Assembly (NCBI GenBank): GCA_963796455.1
Contig: CAWCLO010000010.1
Location: 192,001 to 256,000, forward strand
Direction of reading: 5' to 3'
Source: Candidatus Sulfomarinibacteraceae bacterium
GTDB taxonomy: Bacteria; Acidobacteriota; Thermoanaerobaculia; Thermoanaerobaculales; Sulfomarinibacteraceae
DNA: 64,000 bases
Position numbers and translations under genes: made by a program. This document shows, piece by piece, positions 39,208 to 49,856 of the stretch. Position 1 is the first letter of the stretch; every line of letters begins with the position of its first letter. The notes below the pieces were generated by a model. That model had not been told where the DNA came from and searched no databases. It was given only the letters and a program-made list of their open reading frames with translations.

Positions 39208-41397
39208 TCACTCGATCTCGGTCGGTGTCGGCGGCGGCACGGTCGGTGTCCGCGTCGGCGTCGGCGGCGGTGTGTTGGTCCGGGTCGCAGTGGCTGCGAC
39301 GGTCGGCGTCAGCGTCCGGGTCGGTGTCGACACGGCTGTGGTCGGCGTCAGCGTCCGGGTTGGCGTCGCCACGGCTGTGGTCGGCGTCAGTGTCCGGGTC
39401 GGGGTCGACACGGCCGTGGTCGGCGTCAATGTCCGGGTCGGTGTCGACGCCGCTGTGGTCGGGGTCTGAGTCCGGGTCGAGGTGCCCCACGGAGTCGGTG
39501 TCAGCGTCCGCGTCGGGGTCGACCAAGGCGTCAGCGTCTGCGTCGGGGTCCGCGTCGAGGTGCCCCACGGAGTCGGCGTCAGCGTCCGGGTCGGGGTCGA
39601 CCACGGCGTCAAGGTCATTGTCGGGGTCCGCGTCCGCGTCGCCGTGCCAAACACCGTCGGGGTCCTGGTCGGCGTCGGTGTGATCCACCACGGAGTCTGG
39701 GTCGGGCTCGGCGTAATGGAAGCCGAGGTGGGTGTTCGCGTCCGGGTCGGGGTCGCAGACAAGCTGCCGTAGTCGTCACAGATGTCGTTGCAGCTGACAC
39801 CCATGGTCAGCACGTCGAAGTCGAGGCAGAGCTCGTGATAGGCCGTGTGTGTGAAGTTGTTGTCGATGTCCGCATACCAGTTCCGGCTCGAGGTCGCCGG
39901 AATGCGGGCCAGTGACGGCACGGTCGTCGTCTGGATGCTCGGGGTGTTGTAGTCGGTTGAGGGCGATCCATCACCCCAGTAGTGGGTGTTGGTGGAGTGC
40001 GAGTAACCACCCGAGAAAACGCCGAACCAGTCCAAACGGTAACTCGGCGAGAGCGGCTGCCAATCGACCACCGTGCGGGTGATCTCGATCTGGAACGAGG
40101 TCTGGTTGTTGATGACCGCGCGCAGGATCCCGCTCTGGGGTGAGGCCATGGTGACGGTGATATCGCTGCAGTCGATCATCGGTGTCGGCGTCGGAGTGAT
40201 CGTCCGGGTCGGCGTCTGGGTACTGGTGGCGGTTCCAGTCGGAGTGAAGGTCGGCACAACCGGAACCGAGCAGGTTCGGCTCTGCTGCTCCTCCACCGCT
40301 TCGATATAGAGCATCCAGTCGTTGGACTCGTCGCCGTCGAAATCCGGGTCATCGGTTGAAGCATCCAGGTCATAATTGTCGACGCCCGGATCGGCCACCA
40401 GTTCGTTACCGACCAGAGAGCCTGCACCGTTGACAGCAAGTGGGTGGTTTGCGTTACCCGAAGTATTGACCGCCGGAATCCGGAGCTGCACCCGCCGTCG
40501 ATACTGGGTGACATCGCTTCCGGAAACTGTTTCCCACTCCGCACTGCACCCGTCATCCGGGTTGCTCGCGTCGGGAGCCCTGTTGGGCACACAATCCGGG
40601 AAACCGTTGGTGGTCGGATCGCCGTAGTACCACTCGTCAGGGATCATCTTCCCGAGACCATCGCGCTCGCCGGAGGCGTAAAATGGAAAGACGTTGTCTT
40701 TGCAGATGGTCTCGTCGTCACTCGGGTCGTCGGTTTCTTTGCTGTCGACAAAACAGTTGCCGAAGTAAACCGGCATCAAATCATAGGGGAGGCGCGTCGT
40801 GGAGTCGCCCGGGACGTCCTCGAGCCCGGTGTCCCAACCGGTGACCGGGCCAAAACGATCAGTGACCACCGAAGCGTCGGGGTCGAAGTACGGGCTGTAC
40901 CCGATAAGCTCGTTTTTCAATATGTCAGCTGGATTGTCGACCAGGGCACCGGCAAAGGTCTCGTTGTAGCCGATGCGATAGGCATAGTTGGCCTCGATGA
41001 GGCTGAATCGATCGGCCGCGCGGGACTCATATATCCAATGCTTCTGGGGGATCGGGTTGGATCCATCGGTGGGTTGGGCTTGAGCGTAGCCCGCGAGCGC
41101 ATAGTTGGCGTCAGAAACTTCTTCGAGGAAATCGGCGAGCACCGTCTTGGCGATACCCATCCGCGAGTAGGGATCGTCGCCACCACCCGGCACCATTCCG
41201 TAACCCACACGGGCGCCCTCGACCTTGCCCGGCGCTTCCGGGCTACCCACCATCGACTTGGAAGTGTCGAGGATGAATATCAGATTGGGTGGAGCGGCCG
41301 TCTCGCGAAGGAAATCCCGATCTTCGGCGTCGAGAGCTCCGGCCAGACCGACCGCCAGGGCCAGTGCGAGCCACGTTGTCCATCGTCTCTGTCTCAT
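39208..41397 (-). CDS. PilY1 chain A, module 2: N-terminal half of vWA + variable domain + Thr/Pro stalk
   Basis: Signal peptide; [14 protein letters not shown]...[10 protein letters not shown]...NYALAGY as in PilY1 N-termini; ends in a long TPT-repeat tail. Confidence 0.82.
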   Translation of the reverse strand: MRQRRWTTWLALALAVGLAGALDAEDRDFLRETAAPPNLIFILDTSKSMVGSPEAPGKVEGARVGYGMVPGGGDDPYSRMGIAKTVLADFLEEVSDANYALAGYAQAQPTDGSNPIPQKHWIYESRAADRFSLIEANYAYRIGYNETFAGALVDNPADILKNELIGYSPYFDPDASVVTDRFGPVTGWDTGLEDVPGDSTTRLPYDLMPVYFGNCFVDSKETDDPSDDETICKDNVFPFYASGERDGLGKMIPDEWYYGDPTTNGFPDCVPNRAPDASNPDDGCSAEWETVSGSDVTQYRRRVQLRIPAVNTSGNANHPLAVNGAGSLVGNELVADPGVDNYDLDASTDDPDFDGDESNDWMLYIEAVEEQQSRTCSVPVVPTFTPTGTATSTQTPTRTITPTPTPMIDCSDITVTMASPQSGILRAVINNQTSFQIEITRTVVDWQPLSPSYRLDWFGVFSGGYSHSTNTHYWGDGSPSTDYNTPSIQTTTVPSLARIPATSSRNWYADIDNNFTHTAYHELCLDFDVLTMGVSCNDICDDYGSLSATPTRTRTPTSASITPSPTQTPWWITPTPTRTPTVFGTATRTRTPTMTLTPWSTPTRTLTPTPWGTSTRTPTQTLTPWSTPTRTLTPTPWGTSTRTQTPTTAASTPTRTLTPTTAVSTPTRTLTPTTAVATPTRTLTPTTAVSTPTRTLTPTVAATATRTNTPPPTPTRTPTVPPPTPTEIE
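39301..39462 (-). repeat. 39-bp coding tandem repeat ([12 protein letters not shown][S/A]), about 4 copies; 78-bp repeats adjoin to about 39620
   Basis: Units start at 39301, 39340, 39379, 39418. Confidence 0.85.
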
Positions 41398-41417
41398 GAC
41401 AGCCCCCTCGGCGCGCA

Positions 41418-41948
41418 TCAGTAACACAGCTGAACCGGCGTGAATTGCTCCTCCAGGAATGGGAAGGAGGTCACGTCCACCTCGACCGTCGCACGGCTCA
41501 CGCCCGCGAGGCCGCCGATGGTCCTCTGGGCGTCACTGCGCATGTGAAAGTGACGTGTTTGGTACTCGGGAAACGAGGACGGAACCCCGCCTGCAAAAAC
41601 CGGCGTCACCGGTTGGGTTTCGCAGAAATCGCTGACTGTGACCGTGAACTGGCCTTTGAGAAGTCCCTGAATATTTGGATCGTCTTCGAGAATGAATGTG
41701 CCGGGAGCACCAACGGCGCCGAGTTGGATCATCTCGATCTGCATCATCGCCCCCGCGTCGGCTGCGTACATCGCCTTGGCCACCCATCGATCCGTGCCCG
41801 AAGCCTGCAGACCAAGAGAGGTCTGCAACAGGAGCCCCATCCCGAGAAAGACCAGCACCAGGGACACCAGGAGGGCCATGATCAGAGCTGCACCTTTCTC
41901 GCCGGAATCGGCTCGAGCCGGGCACTCAGGAGTCACTCGGTGCTTCAT
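41418..41948 (-). CDS. pilX: Minor pilin PilX-like, module 2
   Basis: [15 protein letters not shown] prepilin site without Glu5; AMYAADAG PilX N-terminal motif. Confidence 0.82.
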   Translation of the reverse strand: MKHRVTPECPARADSGEKGAALIMALLVSLVLVFLGMGLLLQTSLGLQASGTDRWVAKAMYAADAGAMMQIEMIQLGAVGAPGTFILEDDPNIQGLLKGQFTVTVSDFCETQPVTPVFAGGVPSSFPEYQTRHFHMRSDAQRTIGGLAGVSRATVEVDVTSFPFLEEQFTPVQLCY

Positions 41949-41958
41949 CGCGCCTCCA

Positions 41959-43044
41959 TCAGAAAAGAAAATTGCGGAGCGCGGCCGCAACCTCGATGCG
42001 CCGCCACTTGGCGCCGCGGTCATAATCATCGATGTCCGCATCCTCGATCTGGAAAGTTGATTCCGGTTCGTTCCACCCTGAAACCTGCCAGGGGGTCCGT
42101 CCGAGCACCGTGATCCGGATACCGATGTTGCGGCTGTCCACAGCGTCAGCTGCCGTCGGGGACTGCTCCCACTCGTTTTGATCCACCAACCCGTTGTTGT
42201 TGGCGTCGATCCCGAGGGCGATCTGAAGACCGCCGATATTCGTCGCCACCGGTAGATCGGAGGCGCCAAATCTGTCGGCACGCATCCGTCTCAGCTCGAG
42301 GGCCGGGTTGACGTAATAAACATAGGACTCGAAAACGCCGATACGGTAGACGTCGAAGTTGGGCGGCATCGCGGCACCCGAGGGGTTGAGACCCCAGAAC
42401 CACGCGGCCGTCGAACCCTGAGCTTTGATGGGGATGGTCAGCGTCCGGTTGGGATTGACCCCCGCCAACACCGATCCGGAAGCGATCTGGCCGACCACGT
42501 ACCGCGACTGGTCGAGGTTGCCCATCATGACCACTCCGCGGCCCTCGAGGCCGGCAACATCCACGTCCCCGATCAGATTCATGATGGTATTGCCGCCATC
42601 GATCGATGTTGTCTCACGGACCACGACCTGCAGCGAGCCGGTCGAAAAATCCGATCTGTCGACAAAAAATGGAGGGATTTCGAAAAAGCCCCGCATCATC
42701 AGCACGTCGGAGCCCTCTTTGACTGCCACCGAAGTGCCGAAGGGGGTGGTAAAAGAACCCGACACATCGTTGGCGACACCACCCGCGATCCAGGTCGGCG
42801 TCCCTGCCACATTGACGGCAAGCAACATCGTGGCACCGCCCATCATGCGCGCTGTGCGCATCATGTGATAGGCGGCAAAACGCACGTTTTCCTGGGTGTC
42901 GGCAAGTGCGGTTTCGATTCGCGACACCTTGGCCGACGAGTCGAGGAGGTTGAGGATTCCAATCATGAAGATTGCAAAGACGGCCATTGCCACCATGACC
43001 TCAACCAGGGTATAACCCGCACGACCGCGTAAACCGATTTTCAT
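41959..43044 (-). CDS. pilW: Minor pilin PilW-like, module 2
   Basis: AG|YTLVEVMVAM, QENVRFA...RMMG, NIGGLQIALGID, terminal LRN. Confidence 0.88.
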   Translation of the reverse strand: MKIGLRGRAGYTLVEVMVAMAVFAIFMIGILNLLDSSAKVSRIETALADTQENVRFAAYHMMRTARMMGGATMLLAVNVAGTPTWIAGGVANDVSGSFTTPFGTSVAVKEGSDVLMMRGFFEIPPFFVDRSDFSTGSLQVVVRETTSIDGGNTIMNLIGDVDVAGLEGRGVVMMGNLDQSRYVVGQIASGSVLAGVNPNRTLTIPIKAQGSTAAWFWGLNPSGAAMPPNFDVYRIGVFESYVYYVNPALELRRMRADRFGASDLPVATNIGGLQIALGIDANNNGLVDQNEWEQSPTAADAVDSRNIGIRITVLGRTPWQVSGWNEPESTFQIEDADIDDYDRGAKWRRIEVAAALRNFLF

Positions 43045-43048
43045 GACC

Positions 43049-43507
43049 TTATCCCGGAACCTTGAGGCTGGTCACTGTAAGCACTCGGCGGCCTTCGAGA
43101 ATCTGATTGGTCGAAGCGACGGTCATCGAAATCCGCTTGAGGTTCGCGTCAGCAGCCGTCGCGGCTTCCGTCCATGCCGCGGAGGCCTCGGTCCAGTTCT
43201 GCACCCGAAAGTCTTCGACCGTGTAGTTGATCGTGAAATTCGGACTCTGAGGATCCAATGTTGCCGGGGTGCCGGCAGTGTCGACCAAGGCGGCATCATC
43301 AAATGCCAGCGCCTGCAATCCTTCGAGAGCAAATCGAGCCTCGGCCGCCAACAGGGCATAATCGTGTCCCGAGGCGTTGGTCACCATCGCGTGCGAAAAC
43401 AGACCGGCAATGCCCAGCGCGACAAAGCTCAATATCATCAAGGCCACCAGGACCTCAACGAGGGTAAAGCCGTCATGCCCACCACGGTTCTGATCAAAAC
43501 CGCCCAT
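43049..43507 (-). CDS. pilV: Minor pilin PilV-like
   Basis: DG|FTLVEVLVALMILSFVALGIAGL; between fimT-like and pilW-like genes. Confidence 0.82.
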   Translation of the reverse strand: MGGFDQNRGGHDGFTLVEVLVALMILSFVALGIAGLFSHAMVTNASGHDYALLAAEARFALEGLQALAFDDAALVDTAGTPATLDPQSPNFTINYTVEDFRVQNWTEASAAWTEAATAADANLKRISMTVASTNQILEGRRVLTVTSLKVPG

Positions 43508-44148
43508 CAGTACCTCCAGTGCCTCAGCTCGGGAACCCAACCGTTGGCTTCTTCCGCATCCCACATCCGTTCTTCCACGGTTCCCGAGGCACGAACCTGA
43601 ATCATGATTCGGTTGTTGTATCGATCCGACAGCACGAATGCGCCGATGCCCGCACCCACATCGTTGGCGTGGACGATGGCGCTGCCGTCGGGAAGAAAGA
43701 CCACGCCCCGGGTCGTCCCCGACATCGGATGCAGCGACCAGTTCGTCTCGGTCGGTTCCGGTCCGATAAAAGTATTTGGTCCCATGGGCCAGCGGCCGAC
43801 CACCTCATCGCCCGGATCCGGCGCCTCATCAGAGGTCTCATCGACCCAGGCCACCACCGTATGATTGGGTTGCACCGAGTCTTCAGGCGTCAGTAAGACC
43901 GCCACGCGGCGGCTGTTCTTGATCGCGTTGATTCGCGCCACCGCCAGCGCCTGGCGGGTCATCTTGACCTCGTCCATGAGATCCGCCCGCACCATGGCTC
44001 GGCGCAGATTCGGAATGGCGATGCCGACGATCAAACCGATGATGGCCAACACCACGAGCAGCTCGATCAGAGTGTAACCGCGCTGCGAATCTTCGCGGCG
44101 GTAGTCGGCAAACGATTCGGGCCCTTGACACTTCATCAATTCAAGCAT
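43507..44148 (-). CDS. fimT: Minor pilin FimT/FimU (GspH)-like
   Basis: RG|YTLIELLVVLAIIG...AIP, ARINAIK, VVFLPDGSA; GGGAGG RBS. Confidence 0.82.
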   Translation of the reverse strand: MLELMKCQGPESFADYRREDSQRGYTLIELLVVLAIIGLIVGIAIPNLRRAMVRADLMDEVKMTRQALAVARINAIKNSRRVAVLLTPEDSVQPNHTVVAWVDETSDEAPDPGDEVVGRWPMGPNTFIGPEPTETNWSLHPMSGTTRGVVFLPDGSAIVHANDVGAGIGAFVLSDRYNNRIMIQVRASGTVEERMWDAEEANGWVPELRHWRY

Positions 44149-44328
44149 GCGTTGCCTCCCCGTGGGCCGTCAAGACCTCGGCCCCTACCTTAAAAAACCT
44201 TTGACAATAGTAATTTGCGAACATTTGGTCGAAATGCCTGCGAATCTGATGATTAGGTGATAAATGACTATGCGGCCGGGTCATCAAATCCTCCGATCGA
44301 CGGTTTGAGCCCGCCACATCATCCACCG

Positions 44329-44793
44329 CTACATCATCGGCGTCGGCATCATTTCGACCGGCACGATCTCTCCTTCGACCACCACGGTCAACCGATCGAT
44401 CCGGCCGATCTCGATGGGGGGTCGCTGAACCCTGCCGATCCGCATCCTTTCGCCATCATCAGCGTCAAACCGGCCCGCAATATTGATTTTTCGTTCTTCC
44501 CTACCTGAACGGTAGAGGATTTCCAGGCGCACATCCACGTGGCAGCCGTCCTTCTCACGACAGACGAAAAAGCAGGACCACTCGGTGTACTCAGGTTTGA
44601 CGAGGGCCTTGAGATCAACGAGGTCGACCGCGATATCGGGAGACTCCAGGGAGATTCCATCCACACTGAAGCCATCCCCACCCGGAGAAGCAGACGACCC
44701 GGAAGGGCCCCATGCCCGCCAAGCGACCAATGCGATCGCCACCACTGCGACCGAAGCCAAGGCAACAATCCAGGTTGTTCGATTCGACATCAT
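44329..44793 (-). CDS. Membrane-anchored hypothetical protein, paralog of 33872..34339
   Basis: TM; SPDIAVDL...WSCFFVCREKDGCHVDV. Confidence 0.8.
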   Translation of the reverse strand: MMSNRTTWIVALASVAVVAIALVAWRAWGPSGSSASPGGDGFSVDGISLESPDIAVDLVDLKALVKPEYTEWSCFFVCREKDGCHVDVRLEILYRSGREERKINIAGRFDADDGERMRIGRVQRPPIEIGRIDRLTVVVEGEIVPVEMMPTPMM

Positions 44794-44795
44794 TC

Positions 44796-45614
44796 CTACT
44801 GAATCGGGGTCGGTTGGGAGGGCGGTCCCGTACCGACTCGTCGCGCGGGTGCCTGACCGAGATCCTCGGGCGAACCCGAATCCGCCGGTCGTTCCCTTTC
44901 CATCCAGATAACGGTTGCACGGACATCGGGATGGTTCTTGTCAACCGGTTTCGCGGCCGAAAACACCTGCTCGAAGACCGCCTTTTCACCGGGTTCGAGA
45001 TAGGTGGCAACCTGAACTTGCGAACGCCAGATTTCCTCACCGGGTCCGGGCTGGCTTTCCAGACGAACGGAAATATTGTTGGCGGGAAAACGATTGCGAT
45101 TGACGATCTCGCCCGAAATCTGCCACTCGTCTTCACCGACCGAGATCACCCGAACTCTGTTGACGAGCACGTTCCCACCCTGTCGATAACCCTCAGGCAT
45201 TTCCCCGGAGGCCTCGACCTCAGGTTCCTCCGCAAGCTCGTCATCGCCCAGCACACCGCTGCCGCGAACATGCCGCACCTCGCGATCGGTGATGGCGAAA
45301 CCAGAAGCCGGTTCCCCACCGACGTTCTGGGGGCTCTTGAGCGTTCTTCCCGAGGTCAGTCGTTCAACGCTGTCGTTGCTTGGATCTTCGGCATCCGCCG
45401 ATCCGTCGTCAGCCTGGAGGAGGGCCTCCACATCCACATCGACGACGTCGTAGGCAACCCGTCGGCCATCCGCCAGTTCGAGCATCACGTAGGACCCGGT
45501 AATCCGAACCGAAGAGGCCTCGAGCACCGTGCCGTCACGCAGTCGGACCTCGACCGCCGCCACGGCGCCGGCCAACAATAGCGCGCAGCTCAGAGCCCAA
45601 AGGACACGTCTCAC
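44796..45614 (-). CDS. Secreted FxLYD-like protein, paralog of 34339..35187
   Basis: Signal peptide, ITDREVRHVRGSG, GEIVNR...LEPGEKAVF. Confidence 0.8.
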   Translation of the reverse strand: MRRVLWALSCALLLAGAVAAVEVRLRDGTVLEASSVRITGSYVMLELADGRRVAYDVVDVDVEALLQADDGSADAEDPSNDSVERLTSGRTLKSPQNVGGEPASGFAITDREVRHVRGSGVLGDDELAEEPEVEASGEMPEGYRQGGNVLVNRVRVISVGEDEWQISGEIVNRNRFPANNISVRLESQPGPGEEIWRSQVQVATYLEPGEKAVFEQVFSAAKPVDKNHPDVRATVIWMERERPADSGSPEDLGQAPARRVGTGPPSQPTPIQ

Positions 45615-45618
45615 ATGA

Positions 45619-48600
45619 TTACTCTTGTCGCCAGTTGGTAACGCTGTGCTCCCTGATCAACGGGAATTCCTCGGTCTCTCCGGGACCATCAGTGGTCCCC
45701 GTGAAAGTGACGTAGGTATCGCCGCCGATCGAGTAGTCCTCACTGCCGGTAATAATATCATTGTGTTCGGTGTACTCGCCGATCCCGCACTCGTACCACA
45801 ATTTGTAGGTTCGACCGATGCCCGTGGCGCGACACACGACGTCGACCTCGGTTGTCGAACCGGTTCCGGAACCGCACTGGTTCGGAGCATTCGTCGCGGT
45901 GTCGGTGGACGGGTCAAAAGTCGGGAAGAGCACGTAGCCGTCGATCACAGTGGAGTCGAAAACGACTTTCTCCGTGTCGCGCAAGGTGAGATACCAACCA
46001 TAGTCACCGCCCGTGGGATTCAGCACACTCCCGTCCGGACAAACAAAATCAAGGCTGTCGTCGAGATCAGCATCGCTGAAAACCAGGCTGCTGTAGTCCA
46101 TCTCGACCAGGTCCGCCTCCCCGCGTGTGGTCGTGTCACCTACATCCATCACAAAGAAGAAATGGTCGATTCCGGAATCATCGCGGGCCAGATCGGCGCG
46201 GTCACCCGATCCCATCGCCAGGGCCCACGTGTAACCGGTGCCGTCAAAGACCACTGGGACCAGGGTCGGCTTGGTGAAGAACTCCTGCCGGTCAACAAAG
46301 TCCGTCTGGAAGTTGAAGATATCGGTCAAGGTTCCAGCGGTCGCACCGGTCTGGCCCACATCCGTGGGCGAAAGATACTGGAGCCTGAAAATGCGGCCAT
46401 GGGAGTCGCCGAAATAGATCCGATCGTGGAAGCCGTCGATATCCGAGTCGAGGGCCGTCACTCCACCGGGGACATCGACACCGATCGCCTCCTTGACCAG
46501 GACGGTCCCGGTCTCGAGATCCACGCCGTAGAAGAAGGTCCCCGTGGCATCGGAGTCGGTCTCGTCCCAACCGCCACCGAAGAAGGCCACGAAGACATCG
46601 TCGGGATCGCTGGGATCGGAGGAGTTGTACACGGCGATCCGCGCGATGGCCGGCTTCGACCAGGTCCACCCGAGATCCCACCACGGCGCACAATCATCCC
46701 CTGAGAGACCACCGAGACAATTGGTGTCTTGATCCAACTCGTCTTTGAATTCCCACATCAGACGCGGCCACTCGCCGTCACAACCCGAAATGGATCCTAC
46801 CCGGCAACCGGCAAACTCTGAAACCTCGGGAAGATAATCCGGTGAGGCACCGATCGGGTCGGGTTGGGTGATATCGAAAGCCGCCATGCCCCGGCCGCCG
46901 CGCCGCATGGTCGTGATGGCAACCGTCCGCCACTCGCGGTCGCCGTCGCCATCCGAGTCGATGAAAGCATCGGACTTGGTGATCGGACCGTCCACCATGT
47001 ACTGGGGCTCGATGTGGTCGAGGCCCCCACCCGAGGTCAGATCATAGAGCCGGTGCATGATCGCCTGGGGCACCCAGGCTGCCAGCTCAGTTCCGGTCCC
47101 GAGATCGTGCACCAGGTGATAGTCCTCTGTGGTATCGACACGATCGCGGTCCCAGACACCACCATCGAAGAAGTGGAGCATGCCATCGTTGCCGCCCACC
47201 AGGATCATGCGCCGCCGTTTGGCCTGTTTCGTCATGAAGTCAACATAGCTGCTGGCGCCATAACCATAGTCGTAATAATAGGTTGGTGTATTTGGCGGAT
47301 TCACGATCAAGGGTTGGGAATGATAGAACTCGCCATAGACCGGATAACCCGTCGGTCGCGGCTCGGCCGGCGGCCCGGCGTTCCCCGCGGTGAAGTCGTT
47401 GTCCATATAGATATTCCGGACAAAGTTGGCGATCTGCTGCGACAGCACATCGTCTTGGGCTCCAGGCCGATTGAGATGATCCCAGAACTCGGAACGAAGG
47501 GTCGCGTTGTCCGGCAGCGTCGCCAGATCGTGGCGCGCCCATTCACCGGTGCTGTCCGAGCCCATATAGACGAATCGTTTCGGGTTGCCCTCGGTGTGGG
47601 CGGCGAGCTGTTCGGCCAGTCTTTCGCTTGCGTCCCACACCAGTTCGTCGGTGTCGAGTTCACAGTCACCGGTGGTGGGCAGGGTCGGCTGGGCTTCGTT
47701 CAAAGCAAAGCCGTAGAGCGAACCGCCCCACAAGGTAAAGCCCTCTTGCGGTTGGAAGAGCGGGAAGATCGCCAGCGAATCGAGCGAGGGCTCGCCGCCG
47801 GTCGAGGGCGGCGGTGGGGCGACCTTGAAGGGAACGAAGGACCGCGTGCCGGCCTCCAGGCGATAGAAGACCTGGTACAAGGCCTCGGAGAGCTGGCCGG
47901 CGTCTTCGGCGGTCAGGAAGAGGCCACCGGTCTGTTCGGCAATACAACTCAAGGGTGAGTCTTCGGCGACCGATTCCGAAAAACCGATGGTATAGACCGG
48001 CAGTGGCGGCACTCCCGGGATCCCCGGATCGGCGAACTTGGAGGCCGCCTCGCCCGGATCGCACACCTTGTCCGGATCCGGTTTGAAACCATTGGCCGGG
48101 CAATCGCCGACACCTGCCGGGGCGCAGGCCTCGAACTCGCATCCTTCTTCGCCATCGGTGATCAGCACCACCCACCAGTTGCGACAGTCCTCGTAGGAGT
48201 CGGTGGCCCAGGCCCCGGTGGTCTTCTGATCCACATACCAGTCGAAGGCCTCGAGCAACGAGCCGTTGATGGGCGTGGTGCCGTCCGCGATCATCGGCAC
48301 CGGGTCGTAATCCGGGCTCGCCGGGTCGTTGTCAAAGCTGTCGACCCACGAAAAACCGGAGTTCGATTCGTACTGAACCGCCGATGTCATGGGTTCGAGG
48401 AAGGTCCGAATGGCGCTCAAATTGGTCGAATCGGTGGGCCCGGGAAGGTCCTCGAGCAGATTCCATCCGTTGCAATAGGGGTTCGAGTCGATCGAACCGT
48501 TGTAGGAGCTGTCGAAGACGGGCGCTTCGGTGTTGACATCGATCTTGCCGAGTTCGGGCGCCGGTTGGATGTGGCGGCCGGCCGAGTAGTCGAACAGCGC

Positions 48601-49838
48601 GCCCTCGTAGAGATACTTGAAGGGAACGATATCGGTACGCTCGTGGGCCCATCCCTGCCACGGGTCGCAGACCAGACTGCCACCTGGGCCCAGATCTGAG
48701 ATTCTGAGGTTGTCGTGCTTGTATTCCCAGCTGGGGCTGAGGAAGGTCCACAGCTGGCTGCGATAAAAGCCGACCATCCCCGGGGTCGTGATGGGAGAGG
48801 GGTCGATCGAGTCGACCGGGCCCTGGAGGATTTCACACCAACAGTCGTCGATGTTGGCGTCGGTGCAGATCCCGGTCGGCGCGGCGGCCGAGGCGCAACC
48901 GTAGTAGAGGGTGTCGACACCCGGAGTATCGCCCCATGGCATCAGGTACTGAACCCGGAAGCTCGGGTACATCCAATCGAGGCGGAAACGAAACGCTCGA
49001 CCCGTCCTCAGGCATTGCAGTGAGGTCGTCGACAGGGTGGCCGCGGTCTCGGTCCCCGGCATCTTCGCGACCACGGGACCATTGGCGAGCTCGACCCAGT
49101 CCTGCTGGCCGGAGATGTTGCCGAGTCGATCCCAGCCCTTGACCCGTGCAAGGTGCCAGGTGGATTGGTAGGCCGGGAGCACGCAGTTGGCGCTGCTGCC
49201 AGTGAAGCCGTTCGAACTGCCGGGGGTGATGTAGAAGATGTAGCCGTCGGCCGGTTTGCGGTCGGCCGGACCGAAGTTGGTATCGACGGTCGACGAGAGA
49301 TTCCAGACCAACCCGGGCAAACCGAGCTGATGCCAGGCGATGTCGACCTCGTAGCGGATATTGGTCCACTGGGCGGGGTCGTAGTTCCCCGGATAGGGGT
49401 TCTCCGCGCCGTCATCAGGATCGCTCGGCGGGATCGAGTCGCGGATCACGTGGAAAACGCTGTTGGTCGGCGAACCGTAGAGGGCGAGTGCGTGCTGCTG
49501 GCCCCACATGAAATAGGGGTCGTTGTCAGCCCACGAGGGCTTGATGGCATAGACAAAGAACTTGGCCTTCCAGGACGAGCCGCTCTCCCACTGTTGCCAC
49601 TGCCACCAATTCTGGCGTCGGAGTCCCAGGGGATGCTCTGCGAGGTACTGTAGCTCTCGAAGTCCTCGAAGAAGACCTCGGTCGCGGCGGCGGGAAAGAC
49701 CTGGGCCTCGACCGCCGGCGCTAAGATCAGCGCCGCCAGTGCCAGGGCACCAAGCGCCAATGAGGCAAAACGACCGGTTTTTATTCGCCACCCGACGGGG
49801 GCCGATGTATTTGCGATGAGTCGTGGATAGTAATCCAT
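45619..49838 (-). CDS. pilY1: PilY1 chain B, module 1 (one frameshift near 49610)
   Basis: Signal peptide and VFPAAA..VFFEDF in ORF 49446..49838; remainder in 45619..49791 with GTTPINGSL, VVLITDG, VYTIGF, GGNDGMLHFFD, DSDIDGFHDR, NWRQE. Confidence 0.85.
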
Positions 49839-49856
49839 GGCTTTCTCCCGTTCTCG

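Noticed and set aside
39301..39620. CRISPR array
   Set aside because: The repeats are contiguous, in frame and have no unique spacers; no cas genes are present.
39178..39915. Asp/His-rich, Arg/Cys-rich and Val/Gly-rich ORFs over the repeat
   Set aside because: Alternative-frame and antisense readings of the Thr/Pro coding repeat.
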